Source: Limisphaerales bacterium (lineage in GTDB: Bacteria > Verrucomicrobiota > Verrucomicrobiia > Limisphaerales > UBA11358). Taken from it: a stretch of DNA of 64,000 bases. Shown here one piece after another: positions 17,193-26,449 of this stretch; within the stretch, counting starts at the first letter, position 1; the number at the start of each line of letters is the position of its first letter. A program made the translations under genes and the position numbers. The DNA is taken from assembly GCA_003134375.1 (NCBI GenBank), contig PLAY01000179.1, positions 851-64,850 of the forward strand. Direction: 5' to 3'. The notes under the pieces were generated by a model, which was not told where the DNA came from, searched no databases, and saw nothing but the letters and a program-made list of their open reading frames with translations.

Positions 17193-20056
17193 ATAAAACA
17201 TTTTTCATTCCAAACGTGATCAGCCAATGCGAGATTTCGCGGATGCAAATCTCGCCCGATCTTCGGTATGTCTGCAAAAGATTGAATCTTCGGAAAATGG
17301 CTGATTTGGGTGCAATTACCGAAAATGACCTGCGAAAAGTTTTTAAAAAAACTTCTCAAATAATTCCAGAGATTGAAGAACTAATACAATTGGCTAGAAC
17401 CAACTACGTAACGCCTCGGTTGGCCGGTTCACTTAAAGCTGCAGGATCTCCAAAATTACCAACACAAAAAAACCCATCAGACCAACCCAAGACGTTGCTC
17501 CAGGGAACGGAAACCCCATTAGAACCAGAGTTTGCCATCCATGATGTTATTTTCATCCCAATGACTGACAGGGGCCGATCATTGGGAACTGTCGAACTGT
17601 CTGTTCGTTTGAGACATATTTTGGATGCAAAGAATATTCGGATTTTTGGTGATTTAAATGGTTTGAATTACGAGGAAATAAAAAAATATAAGAATTGCGG
17701 GAGTAGAACCATCGTCGAACTTCGAGAATTGATCCGCCAACTGCAATTAGGGACGACGAATATTTCGCCGAGTCCGGCCAATTCGGAGCCAGCTAATTTT
17801 TCAATTTTTGTTGTGCCGATCATGGCGCGAGAATTTTTACTGTCTGATCTGCCGATTTCTCCTCGGTTGGAAAATGTTTTGCAACAGCGAGGGTGGAAAA
17901 AATTAGGCGAAGTCGATGGCGTTGAAATTAATGATTTGTCCGGTTCAAAAAACTGTGGGCGAAAAACCATTCAAGAATTACAATCACTCATTCGGCGGGC
18001 AAGCACAGGCGAATTCTCGCCGACGATAAGCTCTGACATTTCCTCTGTGTTAAGACAAATTACGGATTCAATTGAATCCAACTTGGCCAGATTTCCGCAG
18101 CGCAACAGAAAAATCCTCGAAGCGCGCATCAGCGGCAATAAAGGTGCCCCAAGAACCCTCGAAGATATCGCGCAAGAGTTCAAGATGACACGCGAGCGCG
18201 TTCGTCAGATAGTGAAAACAAGTATTCAAAAAATTCGCCGAAATGGCGGGCTGAAATTAACTGGGGCACTACTGGCACTCACCCGAGAATGCGAGCTGCG
18301 CGTGTGTCCGCTGACCGCTGATTTGTTCGCAAAATGGGTAAGCAAAACACCGACGTCAAATCCGCATGATTCAATGTTTTACGTTCGAGTGCTAGATACG
18401 TTAGAACCATCTGTGCCAGCGTGGCCAATTGGTTCAACCCGCGAAGGGGGGGATGATCCTCAATCCCCAGAAATACAAACGGCCCTAGAGAATTGGCTCC
18501 GACAAGCTGGCCACCACCCGACTGCTGCAGAAGCCTATACCTATCTGCGGCAAAAACCGGAGCTTGAGAGCCTGAAAGTAGCTCCATTTCTTGCGGCAAT
18601 CCGCATTGCGCGAAAGCTTATAATAGACTTTCCCGAGCCGGACCGCCCTCAATTGCGACTTCGCCGTTTACATTTTTACGAATTTGCACACCCAGTTTTA
18701 GATAATAGCTCTGAACCGTTAACCCCAGAGGAAATAGTGGAAAGGGCAAAAGCCCGATTTGGCGAGAAGGCGATAGTATCTCCATCGCGTGGCGTATTTA
18801 ACAATGCCACGCCTCAAAAAGACATCTTCTTGCTAGGCCCGCGATTACTGGGAGTTCGAAAGCACTTCAAGAGTCATAACCAAAACTGGCCCGCTTTCCG
18901 AAATATTTATGCGGACATGTTGCGAAAAGAAAAGCGCCCTATTTCAACGACTGAAGCTGTGGCTATGCCAAAAATGGCGGAATTTAATATTAGCAACCAC
19001 TATGAAATGGCTGTTATTTTGCGGGAAGACAAACGTTTCGTGGATCTCGGCCGGCTATTGTTTGGACTTACCAGCTGGGGCATACAGGAACGTGAATTCA
19101 TTAAAGATTTGCTGCCGCGGGTTTTGAAAGAAACTAATCGAGTAATGACTGTCGAGCAGATCTTAGAAAAAATCACCCGCTTGCGTTCCGTTTCCCCCAA
19201 TAGTATCGTGAATTATCTTAAAATTCATCCCGAGGTTCAATCCTTGGGTTTTGGCTACTACGGTCTCAAGAATTGGGGCAACAATGAACGAAATGTGATT
19301 TTGGCAGACCGGGGAACCGTGGAACGTGCCGTCCGTCGGGCGCCGAAGCCTGTCAGTTTCCAAACATTGTGCCGTATTTTTACTATTGATGTCACTGGCG
19401 AGCAGGCGGATCTGCTGTGGAAAAGCTGTGCCGGCTCGGCGAAAATTCGGCGCGCTCCAGACCAGCAAAGCCCTGAAACATTACTTCTACACAAATTTGT
19501 GTCGCTCGAACAGAGCCTTGCAGACGTCTCCCGCACGTTGCAGCGTCCAGCTCCTGCCTACGAGCTGCAGTGGGAATTGAGCGCAAAATACGGTGAGATT
19601 TTTGCTTCAATCAGCCTCAAGGAGGTTGAAGAAAGACTGGAGCAAAGTGAGTGGTTCTTGCGTGATTCTGCCGGCAAGTTCTTTTTGGATGAAGATTTTA
19701 ACAATGAGGATTTTGATCCGGACGCAATTCGTGAAGCGGCGACAAAATCGCTCGCTGATTCAATGGATATAGTGGGTTGCGACGAATTGATTGAGCGCCT
19801 GGATTTGCTTGGCTTTGAACTCGACGACCTGTCTGAAGACATGCTAGCGTCCATCTTGCGCGGGGCTGCAGGGCTATCTACATCCGCCAATCGGAGATGG
19901 AGCAACTCCCCGCGTCGCAGCCCGCAACAATACAACAATATCCACGCCAGCCGCATGGTTGGCCGCCGGAAGGAGTTCTGCCAGCCGACTTTTAACGTCG
20001 TGGTCTTGCATAATATCCGGGCAACTTCGGTTTTCGTCAGCAGGAAGGGGGCTTGA
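17189..20056 (+). CDS. multi-domain DNA/RNAP-module protein: 2-3 RNAP alpha-CTD-like HhH domains, sigma-70 region 4 HTH and 3-4 HARE-HTH-like domains
   Basis: VELSVRLRHILDAKNIRIFGDLNGLNYEEIKKYKNCGSRTIVELRELI and ISPRLENVLQQRGWKKLGEVDGVEINDLSGSKNCGRKTIQELQSLI match the alpha-CTD pattern. RTLEDIAQEFKMTRERVRQIVKTSIQKIRR matches sigma region 4.2. RFVDLGRLLFGLTSWG and VQSLGFGYYGLKNWG are HARE-HTH-like endings. The start is TTG 17189 or ATG 17243. The last roughly 60 codons (after about 19870) are antisense read-through of a recombinase remnant, so the true 3' end is uncertain. Confidence 0.65.
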   Translation: MNKTFFIPNVISQCEISRMQISPDLRYVCKRLNLRKMADLGAITENDLRKVFKKTSQIIPEIEELIQLARTNYVTPRLAGSLKAAGSPKLPTQKNPSDQPKTLLQGTETPLEPEFAIHDVIFIPMTDRGRSLGTVELSVRLRHILDAKNIRIFGDLNGLNYEEIKKYKNCGSRTIVELRELIRQLQLGTTNISPSPANSEPANFSIFVVPIMAREFLLSDLPISPRLENVLQQRGWKKLGEVDGVEINDLSGSKNCGRKTIQELQSLIRRASTGEFSPTISSDISSVLRQITDSIESNLARFPQRNRKILEARISGNKGAPRTLEDIAQEFKMTRERVRQIVKTSIQKIRRNGGLKLTGALLALTRECELRVCPLTADLFAKWVSKTPTSNPHDSMFYVRVLDTLEPSVPAWPIGSTREGGDDPQSPEIQTALENWLRQAGHHPTAAEAYTYLRQKPELESLKVAPFLAAIRIARKLIIDFPEPDRPQLRLRRLHFYEFAHPVLDNSSEPLTPEEIVERAKARFGEKAIVSPSRGVFNNATPQKDIFLLGPRLLGVRKHFKSHNQNWPAFRNIYADMLRKEKRPISTTEAVAMPKMAEFNISNHYEMAVILREDKRFVDLGRLLFGLTSWGIQEREFIKDLLPRVLKETNRVMTVEQILEKITRLRSVSPNSIVNYLKIHPEVQSLGFGYYGLKNWGNNERNVILADRGTVERAVRRAPKPVSFQTLCRIFTIDVTGEQADLLWKSCAGSAKIRRAPDQQSPETLLLHKFVSLEQSLADVSRTLQRPAPAYELQWELSAKYGEIFASISLKEVEERLEQSEWFLRDSAGKFFLDEDFNNEDFDPDAIREAATKSLADSMDIVGCDELIERLDLLGFELDDLSEDMLASILRGAAGLSTSANRRWSNSPRRSPQQYNNIHASRMVGRRKEFCQPTFNVVVLHNIRATSVFVSRKGA

Positions 20057-22005
20057 TGATCGTGTTTGCGGGGGAATGTCCTGACGTCCGGGACAAAGGT
20101 TGCCGGACGAAATCGAGCCAAATACCCGCAGAACTTGCGCACGCAAAGCATACGATGTCGGCGGGTGGTTGGCGAAACGATGGCGTGAACCTCCGCCCAC
20201 TTCGCAAACATATTAGCCGTGAGGGTGCGTCCTTTTGGGAAATCACCAGCCAGCACCTGATCAAGTGTGAGCAAAATCCATTCTTCAGAACGGAAGGCCC
20301 GGCCCAAGGCACGCTGTGTGGCCAGATAGTCGCTGATCGGTTTGGCGAGAAAACTGCGCCTGCCGACAGAATCGGTTAATGACCCCTTGGGCCGACGGGC
20401 AGCTTTTGCAACCGGCCTCGGGATCGGAGACTGACCGGAATCAATGGTTGTGATGATGGCGTTCGGGACCGGCAATGCCACGCGGCGGAGATCCTCGACG
20501 TTGAGCCGAAAATATGTGGCGGTTGAATTTGGATCCCGATGACCAAGGAGGTCGCTGATGCTTTTGAGCGCGGTGTCCTGACGAAGAAGTCGCAACGCGA
20601 AGGCGTGCCGCAAACCGTGAAAACTCGTGGTCTCAATCTTCACTCCGGTGGAACGGACGGCACGCGCCAACGCACAAGCTACACCCGGAGCCGCAAGGGG
20701 GCCGGCGGGAGCGCGCTGACGTAGAAACAACTGACGCACTTCCGAGGCTGGACGCCCCTTGCGCAAGTAGTCCACCAAGGCCCTGCCAATCGGGGCAGTG
20801 ATTGGCAGGGGCAATGTCTGCCGGGTCTTGGGCTGAAAAACATGCAGGGTGCGTTTTCGCCAGTCGATGCTATCAAGCGTCAACGCCGCGACCTCCGACC
20901 GCCGCAGGCCGTAGGAAGCCGCGAGCAGTAAAATCGTAAAATCGCGCGAACCCAGAGGAGTGGAACGATCCATGCGTTTTAGCAACTTCTGAAGCTCCAA
21001 CCAAGGCAACGGATGGGGCAACAGTTCTTCCCGATAAACCCGAACGGAATCGATCTGTGTGTGCAACGGTTGCCGCAGGACACCCTTCATGTATTGGAAA
21101 CGTAGAAACCCCCGGACCATGCCCACCACGCCTTTCATGGTCCGGCGCGAGCAACGCTGTGAAGCTTGCCGCAGAAAACGCTGCACTTTAGCCAGCTTCA
21201 GCTCACGCAATCTTGCCATGCCTCGATCAACACCAGTGAACGTGAGAAATCGGCGCAAATACTTGTCATGGCCCTGAATCGTGCTCTCCGCCAGACCACG
21301 ATCCCTTTTCAAATGCTCGCTGAATCTCTTGAGGGTGTTTTCGGAAAATGTTCGACGTTGGCTGCAACGCCCGTGCTTCAGCCAGCCACGCGCCTCCAAA
21401 TAGTCCTCCAAACGCACGATGCCGGGCATCCAACGTGGCTTGCGTGCATGGAAGAACTGCCGTGCCCGCCCAAAATCATCGCGATCAAAATCACGACAAG
21501 TTCGCTTGCCCAGAAGGATACATCGGGGTGCGAGACAGCCTAAAACCTGCAAGTGCATTCGGATCGTGCTGGGCGACGACTTGCGGCCCAAAGACCATTT
21601 AACGAAGTCATCAACGATGGGGCCGAAAATCGGCACTCGCCGATACCTTCGATAACTGCGGGGCTTGACCACGCGAACGGGTTCGCTCGGAGCCAAGCGA
21701 TCCGTGCTTTGCAAAAACGATCTAAACACAGCAATCCCGCGTGCAAGCGATGGAGACCGAAGACGACAGAAGCGCTGGATGTCATCCAAGTCGTCCACGG
21801 TGAGGTCGAGCAGGTTTGCTTTCTGCCGCCATCGAAATCGCGGACGCAGTCGCCGCAGATGGTCACAATATCTGTGAACTTTAATGGCCGAGACCCCGCG
21901 CTGACGACACCAGACCACAAAGTCATTGATGACGGCATTGGGGACTGCGATGAAACGCCCCGATTGTTTGCAATGGAGCCGATTGAGGTAGGATTTATTT
22001 TTCAT
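19870..22005 (-). CDS. large tyrosine recombinase fused in frame to the 5' part of a second recombinase, which is truncated at about 19870
   Basis: The first catalytic domain is complete (GLRRSEVAAL, HGLRHAFA, LGHRDPNSTATYF). It is followed by a second core-binding region plus GLRRGELLHLRLADVD and then non-homologous tail. The ORF tail 19558-19869 is antisense to the plus-strand gene. Confidence 0.75.
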
Positions 22006-22126
22006 AACCGGGATATTTTATACCCGGCTGTCACTCCCAAAAATGTGAAGTTCCCCAGCGCCGAAACGCTGGGGAACTGGGAGAATCTGCCTCAACTCAA
22101 CATTACTGCGAACTCAACATAAGCCC

Positions 22127-22150
22127 ATTTATGTGGAGCTGCACATAAAT
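22127..22150. promoter_or_regulatory. 9-bp inverted repeat ATTTATGTG-N6-CACATAAAT upstream of the recombinase gene
   Basis: Read directly. It lies in the 300-bp gap between the recombinase start (22005) and the end of the XRE gene (22311). Confidence 0.3.
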
Positions 22151-22310
22151 TGGAAATTCCAATCATACATCTCTTCGCGAATTAGGTTTCTTCGCATATT
22201 AAAAGTTGTAAATCCTTACGGCTTTGCCGCTGGGGATACTTTTTTATACGCGGTATTTGAACGGCAATTATTTTTGCCAAGAGCTGAAAATATGCTTTGA
22301 ACTGTGAATT

Positions 22311-22826
22311 TTAGGCCGTCGGCGGAACCTGGCCGCGTGAGAGTTTGACGCGGTAAAGCGGCGCAAGCTCTTTGACCTTGCCGCGCAGGTTGCGCGGGAA
22401 CAGGTCGTCGGCTTTGACGCCCAAAATCTTGGCAACGACAAACAGTTCCAAATCCGGCACCCGGCGGGATTGATTTTCCAGCCTCGTCACCGATTCCCGG
22501 CTGGTGTCCCAGCCAAAAAGTTGCAGTTTCAGAGCAAGCTGATTCTGCGTCCACCCTTTGTTCGTGCGAAGTTTGCGCACTTGAGGGCCGATGACATTTA
22601 AGCGTGAAGAATAATCTTCGATGCCCGCAACGTAGCAGGCGTCCGATTGCGTTTGTGTCTGCTTTACTGCACATTGAAACGCGAATATATCTTGCCGTGA
22701 CCGGCCTGATTTTGGGAATGTCCCCGGTAAAGTTTGGTCATTTGAACATGATTGGACTGTAAAGTCGCGGCGGTTAGAAGTTAAATCATTTAACCAACCG
22801 CACGTCCTAAACGTAGTAATTTGCAA
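22311..22826 (-). CDS. XRE-family HTH regulator (start uncertain)
   Basis: The C-terminal part IGPQVRKLRTNKGWTQNQLALKLQ...ESVTRLENQSRRVPDLELFVVAKILGVKADDLF is a typical XRE/Cro-C1 HTH. Confidence 0.6.
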   Translation of the reverse strand: MQITTFRTCGWLNDLTSNRRDFTVQSCSNDQTLPGTFPKSGRSRQDIFAFQCAVKQTQTQSDACYVAGIEDYSSRLNVIGPQVRKLRTNKGWTQNQLALKLQLFGWDTSRESVTRLENQSRRVPDLELFVVAKILGVKADDLFPRNLRGKVKELAPLYRVKLSRGQVPPTA

Positions 22827-22967
22827 TCGTTTTGAAATGAGCTAAATTCGTCTTTGCCAGCGAATAAGGCGGTCTTTTTGAAAGACCCTTAAAAATTTGG
22901 AGCCAGCGGGCAGAATAAATTGGCCTGTGCCGGTGCAAAAAGATCACGCGATTTTTTGATTCTCCGA

Positions 22968-23810
22968 ATGAAGCCAAAGCTTCACATAAAACGGTTTTAT
23001 TACCGTAACGGTCAAACCCACACGGAAAGCAGGGAAGTGGCGGGCAATTTTCATGGCGCTTACCGCGTTTGGCATCGCAACGGCCAGCTTGCCGAGGAGT
23101 TGCGTTATCGTCACGGCCTGATGCACGGTGTGAGCCGCGAATGGGATGAAACCGGTCGGTTGCTCGGCTCATTCACAATGGTCAACGGCTCCGGCCTCCA
23201 GCGTTACTGGCACGACAACGGCCAGATAAAGATGGAGATCAGTTCCCTCAACGGCAAATTTCATGGACGCTGCCGCGATTGGCTTCGGGATGGCACCTTG
23301 ATTCGGGAAGATTATTTAATCAGCAACCAGGATGTCACCCGCGCCGCTTACCTGAAAGCCGCCCGGAAAAATCCCAACTGGCCGCAATATGAAGGGGAGC
23401 CAGCCGGTCGCATTGCCCGCCCCGGCTTGGCCTTGGAACGGAAAAAACATGATTTGTTCATTCAACCCGTATTCGAGAAACCTCATCACGCAGAAGCAAG
23501 GGCATGGTTGAAAGCTGAACTGCGTCCCAAATCTCGGTCGCTTGCCAAATTTGCCACCACGAAGGCCGCGCTTAAATTTGTGGAACAATTATATTCTGCG
23601 GGCGCGGTTGCCGTCATCATCGCCGCAATTTCCGCCGGTCAGCGAAAGAAACTCTTTGCCGACTGGCTGCTCATTCAGTTGCCCGCAGCAAAATCAAAAC
23701 GGAATGTTTTGCGGAAAATCTGTCAGGCGTTTTGCCGGAAACGCGGCGGGGCAGTTCTGCCGGAATTTGACCTGGGTGAAACCCACCTGTGGCTGATGCT
23801 GCACGGTTGA
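22968..23810 (+). CDS. MORN-repeat (YwqK-like) protein with an unknown C-terminal half
   Basis: Repeats include YRNGQTHTES, WHRNGQLAEELRYRHGLMHGVSREWDETGRL and WHDNGQIKMEISSLNGKFHGRCRDWLRDGTL. The likely start is ATG 22968. Confidence 0.65.
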   Translation: MKPKLHIKRFYYRNGQTHTESREVAGNFHGAYRVWHRNGQLAEELRYRHGLMHGVSREWDETGRLLGSFTMVNGSGLQRYWHDNGQIKMEISSLNGKFHGRCRDWLRDGTLIREDYLISNQDVTRAAYLKAARKNPNWPQYEGEPAGRIARPGLALERKKHDLFIQPVFEKPHHAEARAWLKAELRPKSRSLAKFATTKAALKFVEQLYSAGAVAVIIAAISAGQRKKLFADWLLIQLPAAKSKRNVLRKICQAFCRKRGGAVLPEFDLGETHLWLMLHG

Positions 23811-23979
23811 AGCGGACACTGGCGCGAATCGCCGTTCGATTGTATGGCTCAACTGCGCTTGTCAAGGTAGTGCCGTCGGTATGCCCTCCGGCCTCCACCG
23901 TTGACAAGCACAGTTGAGCCTGAAAGGGGACGGCGATTAGGAATTCGCGCCGGGGTTTCTGACCAGTGGGGGGACAGGG

Positions 23980-24921
23980 TTATTCAATCTTGAGGCGGTC
24001 ATTGGCCGGGTCAGCCGTGAGGCATCCGTCCGCGCTCCCGTTCAGCAGCAACGCCATGGCCACCGCGTCGCCCACGAGCTTTTCCGCCGCATCCCGCATG
24101 GGGCGCGCTCCCAGCTTGGGATGGAATCCTTTGCGGACAACAAACGACAGGACGGATTCTGCCACCCGGATGTTGCAACCGCGCCCGGTCAAAAAACTGA
24201 TTTCCTTCTCCAAGAACTTCGCGGCGATTTCAAGCTGGTGTTCGTAACTCAAACGGTGAAACACCAGTTTCTCCGTGATGCGGGCGAAGATTTCCGGGCG
24301 CAATGATTGTTGAGCGCGGGAAAGGACATGGCGTTCGAGCGTGGATTCCGCCGAATGTTGGAGGGTCATCAATTCGGCGGAGCCAATGTTGGAAGTCATC
24401 ACGATATAAAATCCGCTCAAGTCGAGCGTCTCGCCGGTCGCAATGGTGACGCGCGCGGCATCCAGCATTTGCAGGAAAACATCCATGATGCGCGGATGCG
24501 CCTTTTCCACCTCGTCAAACAGCAGTGTTCCCGTTTTGGTGCGTTCATAGGCCGCGCCGAGAAATCCCTTTTCTCCCGGACGCGATCCCAGCAGCAGGCC
24601 GAGCGATTCCTGCGTTTGGAATTCCGACATGTCGTAGCGGACGAGCTTTTCCATGCCGAAAAGTTTGCCGGTGAAAACCTGCGTGAGTTCCGTTTTGCCG
24701 ACACCCGTGGGGCCGAGAAATAAAAAACTTCCGCGTGGCCGGCCCGCCTTGCTCAAGCCCAATTCACCGCGCTGCAACACCGACACCACGCGCGGAATAA
24801 TGTGACGCTGTCCGCGAATTTCCATTTGCAACATATCGGCAAGCTGGCGCAGGCGTTCCGTTTTTTCAGGTTCAATGATTGTCTTATTCATGCTTCCAGA
24901 CTGCCGGAAACATTTTTTCAT
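23980..24921 (-). CDS. stand-alone ClpA/ClpB D2-like AAA+ ATPase (313 aa; no N-domain, D1 or middle domain)
   Basis: Walker A is FLFLGPTGVGKTEL, followed by RYDMSEF. Walker B is LLFDEVEKAHP, followed by MTSNIGS and RPEIFARI. Sensor-2 is GARPMRD. It is collinear with the second nucleotide-binding domain of Clp/Hsp100 proteins. Confidence 0.85.
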   Translation of the reverse strand: MKKCFRQSGSMNKTIIEPEKTERLRQLADMLQMEIRGQRHIIPRVVSVLQRGELGLSKAGRPRGSFLFLGPTGVGKTELTQVFTGKLFGMEKLVRYDMSEFQTQESLGLLLGSRPGEKGFLGAAYERTKTGTLLFDEVEKAHPRIMDVFLQMLDAARVTIATGETLDLSGFYIVMTSNIGSAELMTLQHSAESTLERHVLSRAQQSLRPEIFARITEKLVFHRLSYEHQLEIAAKFLEKEISFLTGRGCNIRVAESVLSFVVRKGFHPKLGARPMRDAAEKLVGDAVAMALLLNGSADGCLTADPANDRLKIE

Positions 24922-24987
24922 TTTGTGTAAAGATTACACAAAACGGGTTTGGAGAGTTGCTAAAACTTTACGCGTGATTGGCGGCGT

Positions 24988-25386
24988 GTGCCGCCAGCAA
25001 AAATAAAAATGAATGCCCGCACCAACAATGATATGAAAAAAATACCCGCTCCGAAACTCCGTTCGCGGCTGCGCCCGCTCCTCACCGTGGCCGCCCTGTT
25101 CGCCCTCAACACCATCTCCGCTTTTGCCCAAAGCACGACGTTCAGTTCCACCGACCTGAGAACGGGCATCAGCAACAGTCTCGCCGTCATCATGATGTTC
25201 GGGTTTGTCCTCGGCATCTCATCCGTCATCTACGGCGGCTTTGCCATCCGGCGCGGCGATGTTGACCAGGGCAAGATGTCCATCATCGGCGGTGCCATCA
25301 TCGCGGCGGCTCCGGCGGTCGTTTATGCCTTCTACAAAATCTTCGGCCTCGATTCCAACAGCGCGGTCGGCGTCGGCACTTTCTAA
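24988..25386 (+). CDS. VirB2/TrbC-like T4SS pilin candidate
   Basis: A signal-like N-terminus ends in ..ISAFA/QS, followed by two hydrophobic helices. It is the first gene of the T4SS operon. Confidence 0.55.
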   Translation: MPPAKIKMNARTNNDMKKIPAPKLRSRLRPLLTVAALFALNTISAFAQSTTFSSTDLRTGISNSLAVIMMFGFVLGISSVIYGGFAIRRGDVDQGKMSIIGGAIIAAAPAVVYAFYKIFGLDSNSAVGVGTF

Positions 25387-25416
25387 CCCACCAAACCAAC
25401 TCCGCCCGATCCGACC

Positions 25417-25752
25417 ATGAGCACCAAAAACGAACTCCGCCTGACCGACACCAATGCCGCGTCCGATTCCAAAGGCCGCACCTGGGGTTTGGAAGGCGGT
25501 CTCTTTTGGTGGCTCATCGCCGGCATCGGCGCGGGCATCATCATTTTTTTCGTCCTGCTGGTCGTCCTTGACGTATCCCTCGCCATGTCTTTTGTCGCCG
25601 CCCTCGTGCCGGTGTTGATCTGCCTCGCCTACATCTTCGCGTTGCGGCAGGGCAAACCACCCGGTTACGACCGTGACTGTTTTGAATACCTGACGACGGG
25701 ACGCGGTTTCAGCCCCCAGACCGGACACAACTCCAATCATCCTCTTTTATGA
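25417..25752 (+). CDS. VirB3-like small inner-membrane protein
   Basis: 111 aa with two TM segments (LFWWLIAGIGAGIIIFFVLLVVL and FVAALVPVLICLAYIF). It sits between the pilin gene and virB4. Confidence 0.5.
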   Translation: MSTKNELRLTDTNAASDSKGRTWGLEGGLFWWLIAGIGAGIIIFFVLLVVLDVSLAMSFVAALVPVLICLAYIFALRQGKPPGYDRDCFEYLTTGRGFSPQTGHNSNHPLL

Positions 25753-26171
25753 AATCTGATAAATCACATCCACCCAAACCCAAGCGGGAATTTGGCGGTT
25801 GTATTGAACTCATTCCCGCCCGCCCGGATTATACCGAATTCGTTGACTCGCGCCGCATCTGGGGGTTTCCCATCAGCTATCTGACGCATTTTCTCCTTCA
25901 GGAAAACCCACATTTTAGCGGCCAGAAAACTTTGCCGCCCGACCAGCTCGTTTTGGTTTATTCCAACGCAATTGTGATTCTCCGGGGCTGGCGGCTGGAG
26001 TTGATGTTGTCCCATCTCATTTGCGGTCGCGTGGCCCGCGTTCATGCCGAGCAGCATCTTGGCCCGCTGATGCTCGATGAATCGTGGGTTTCAGAAATTC
26101 TTGTCCTGCTGCGTGACAACACGATTCTGGACGAGGAAAAACTGGAGCGCTGGATTTCAGAACAATCATGA
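25749..26171 (+). CDS. hypothetical protein in the T4SS operon
   Basis: 140-aa ORF whose start and stop both overlap neighbouring genes. I recognise no motif. Confidence 0.45.
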   Translation: MKSDKSHPPKPKREFGGCIELIPARPDYTEFVDSRRIWGFPISYLTHFLLQENPHFSGQKTLPPDQLVLVYSNAIVILRGWRLELMLSHLICGRVARVHAEQHLGPLMLDESWVSEILVLLRDNTILDEEKLERWISEQS

Positions 26172-26446
26172 ATCCCGGCGAACTCCAGGCGATTGAAAGC
26201 CAGCGGCAGGCGCTGCTCGGCCAGCTTACCGCCGCCGAAACTGCCTTGCGCAGCGGTTTGCCCACGCGCGGCTTTGGCGAGACCGCCCGCGCCCACATGG
26301 AACGGGCACGGGCGCACATCTGCGAAGCCTATATCGCCATCAACGAAAGCAAATCCGTCCGCACCGTCCCGCAACTCGTGGATGCCCTGAACCGCATCCA
26401 GCAGATGATGGACCACGTGCAACGGCGAAAATCCCTACGCATCTGA
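26168..26446 (+). CDS. hypothetical helical protein in the T4SS operon
   Basis: 92-aa ORF that overlaps the upstream stop and ends 4 bp before virB4. Confidence 0.45.
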   Translation: MNPGELQAIESQRQALLGQLTAAETALRSGLPTRGFGETARAHMERARAHICEAYIAINESKSVRTVPQLVDALNRIQQMMDHVQRRKSLRI

Positions 26447-26449
26447 TTT

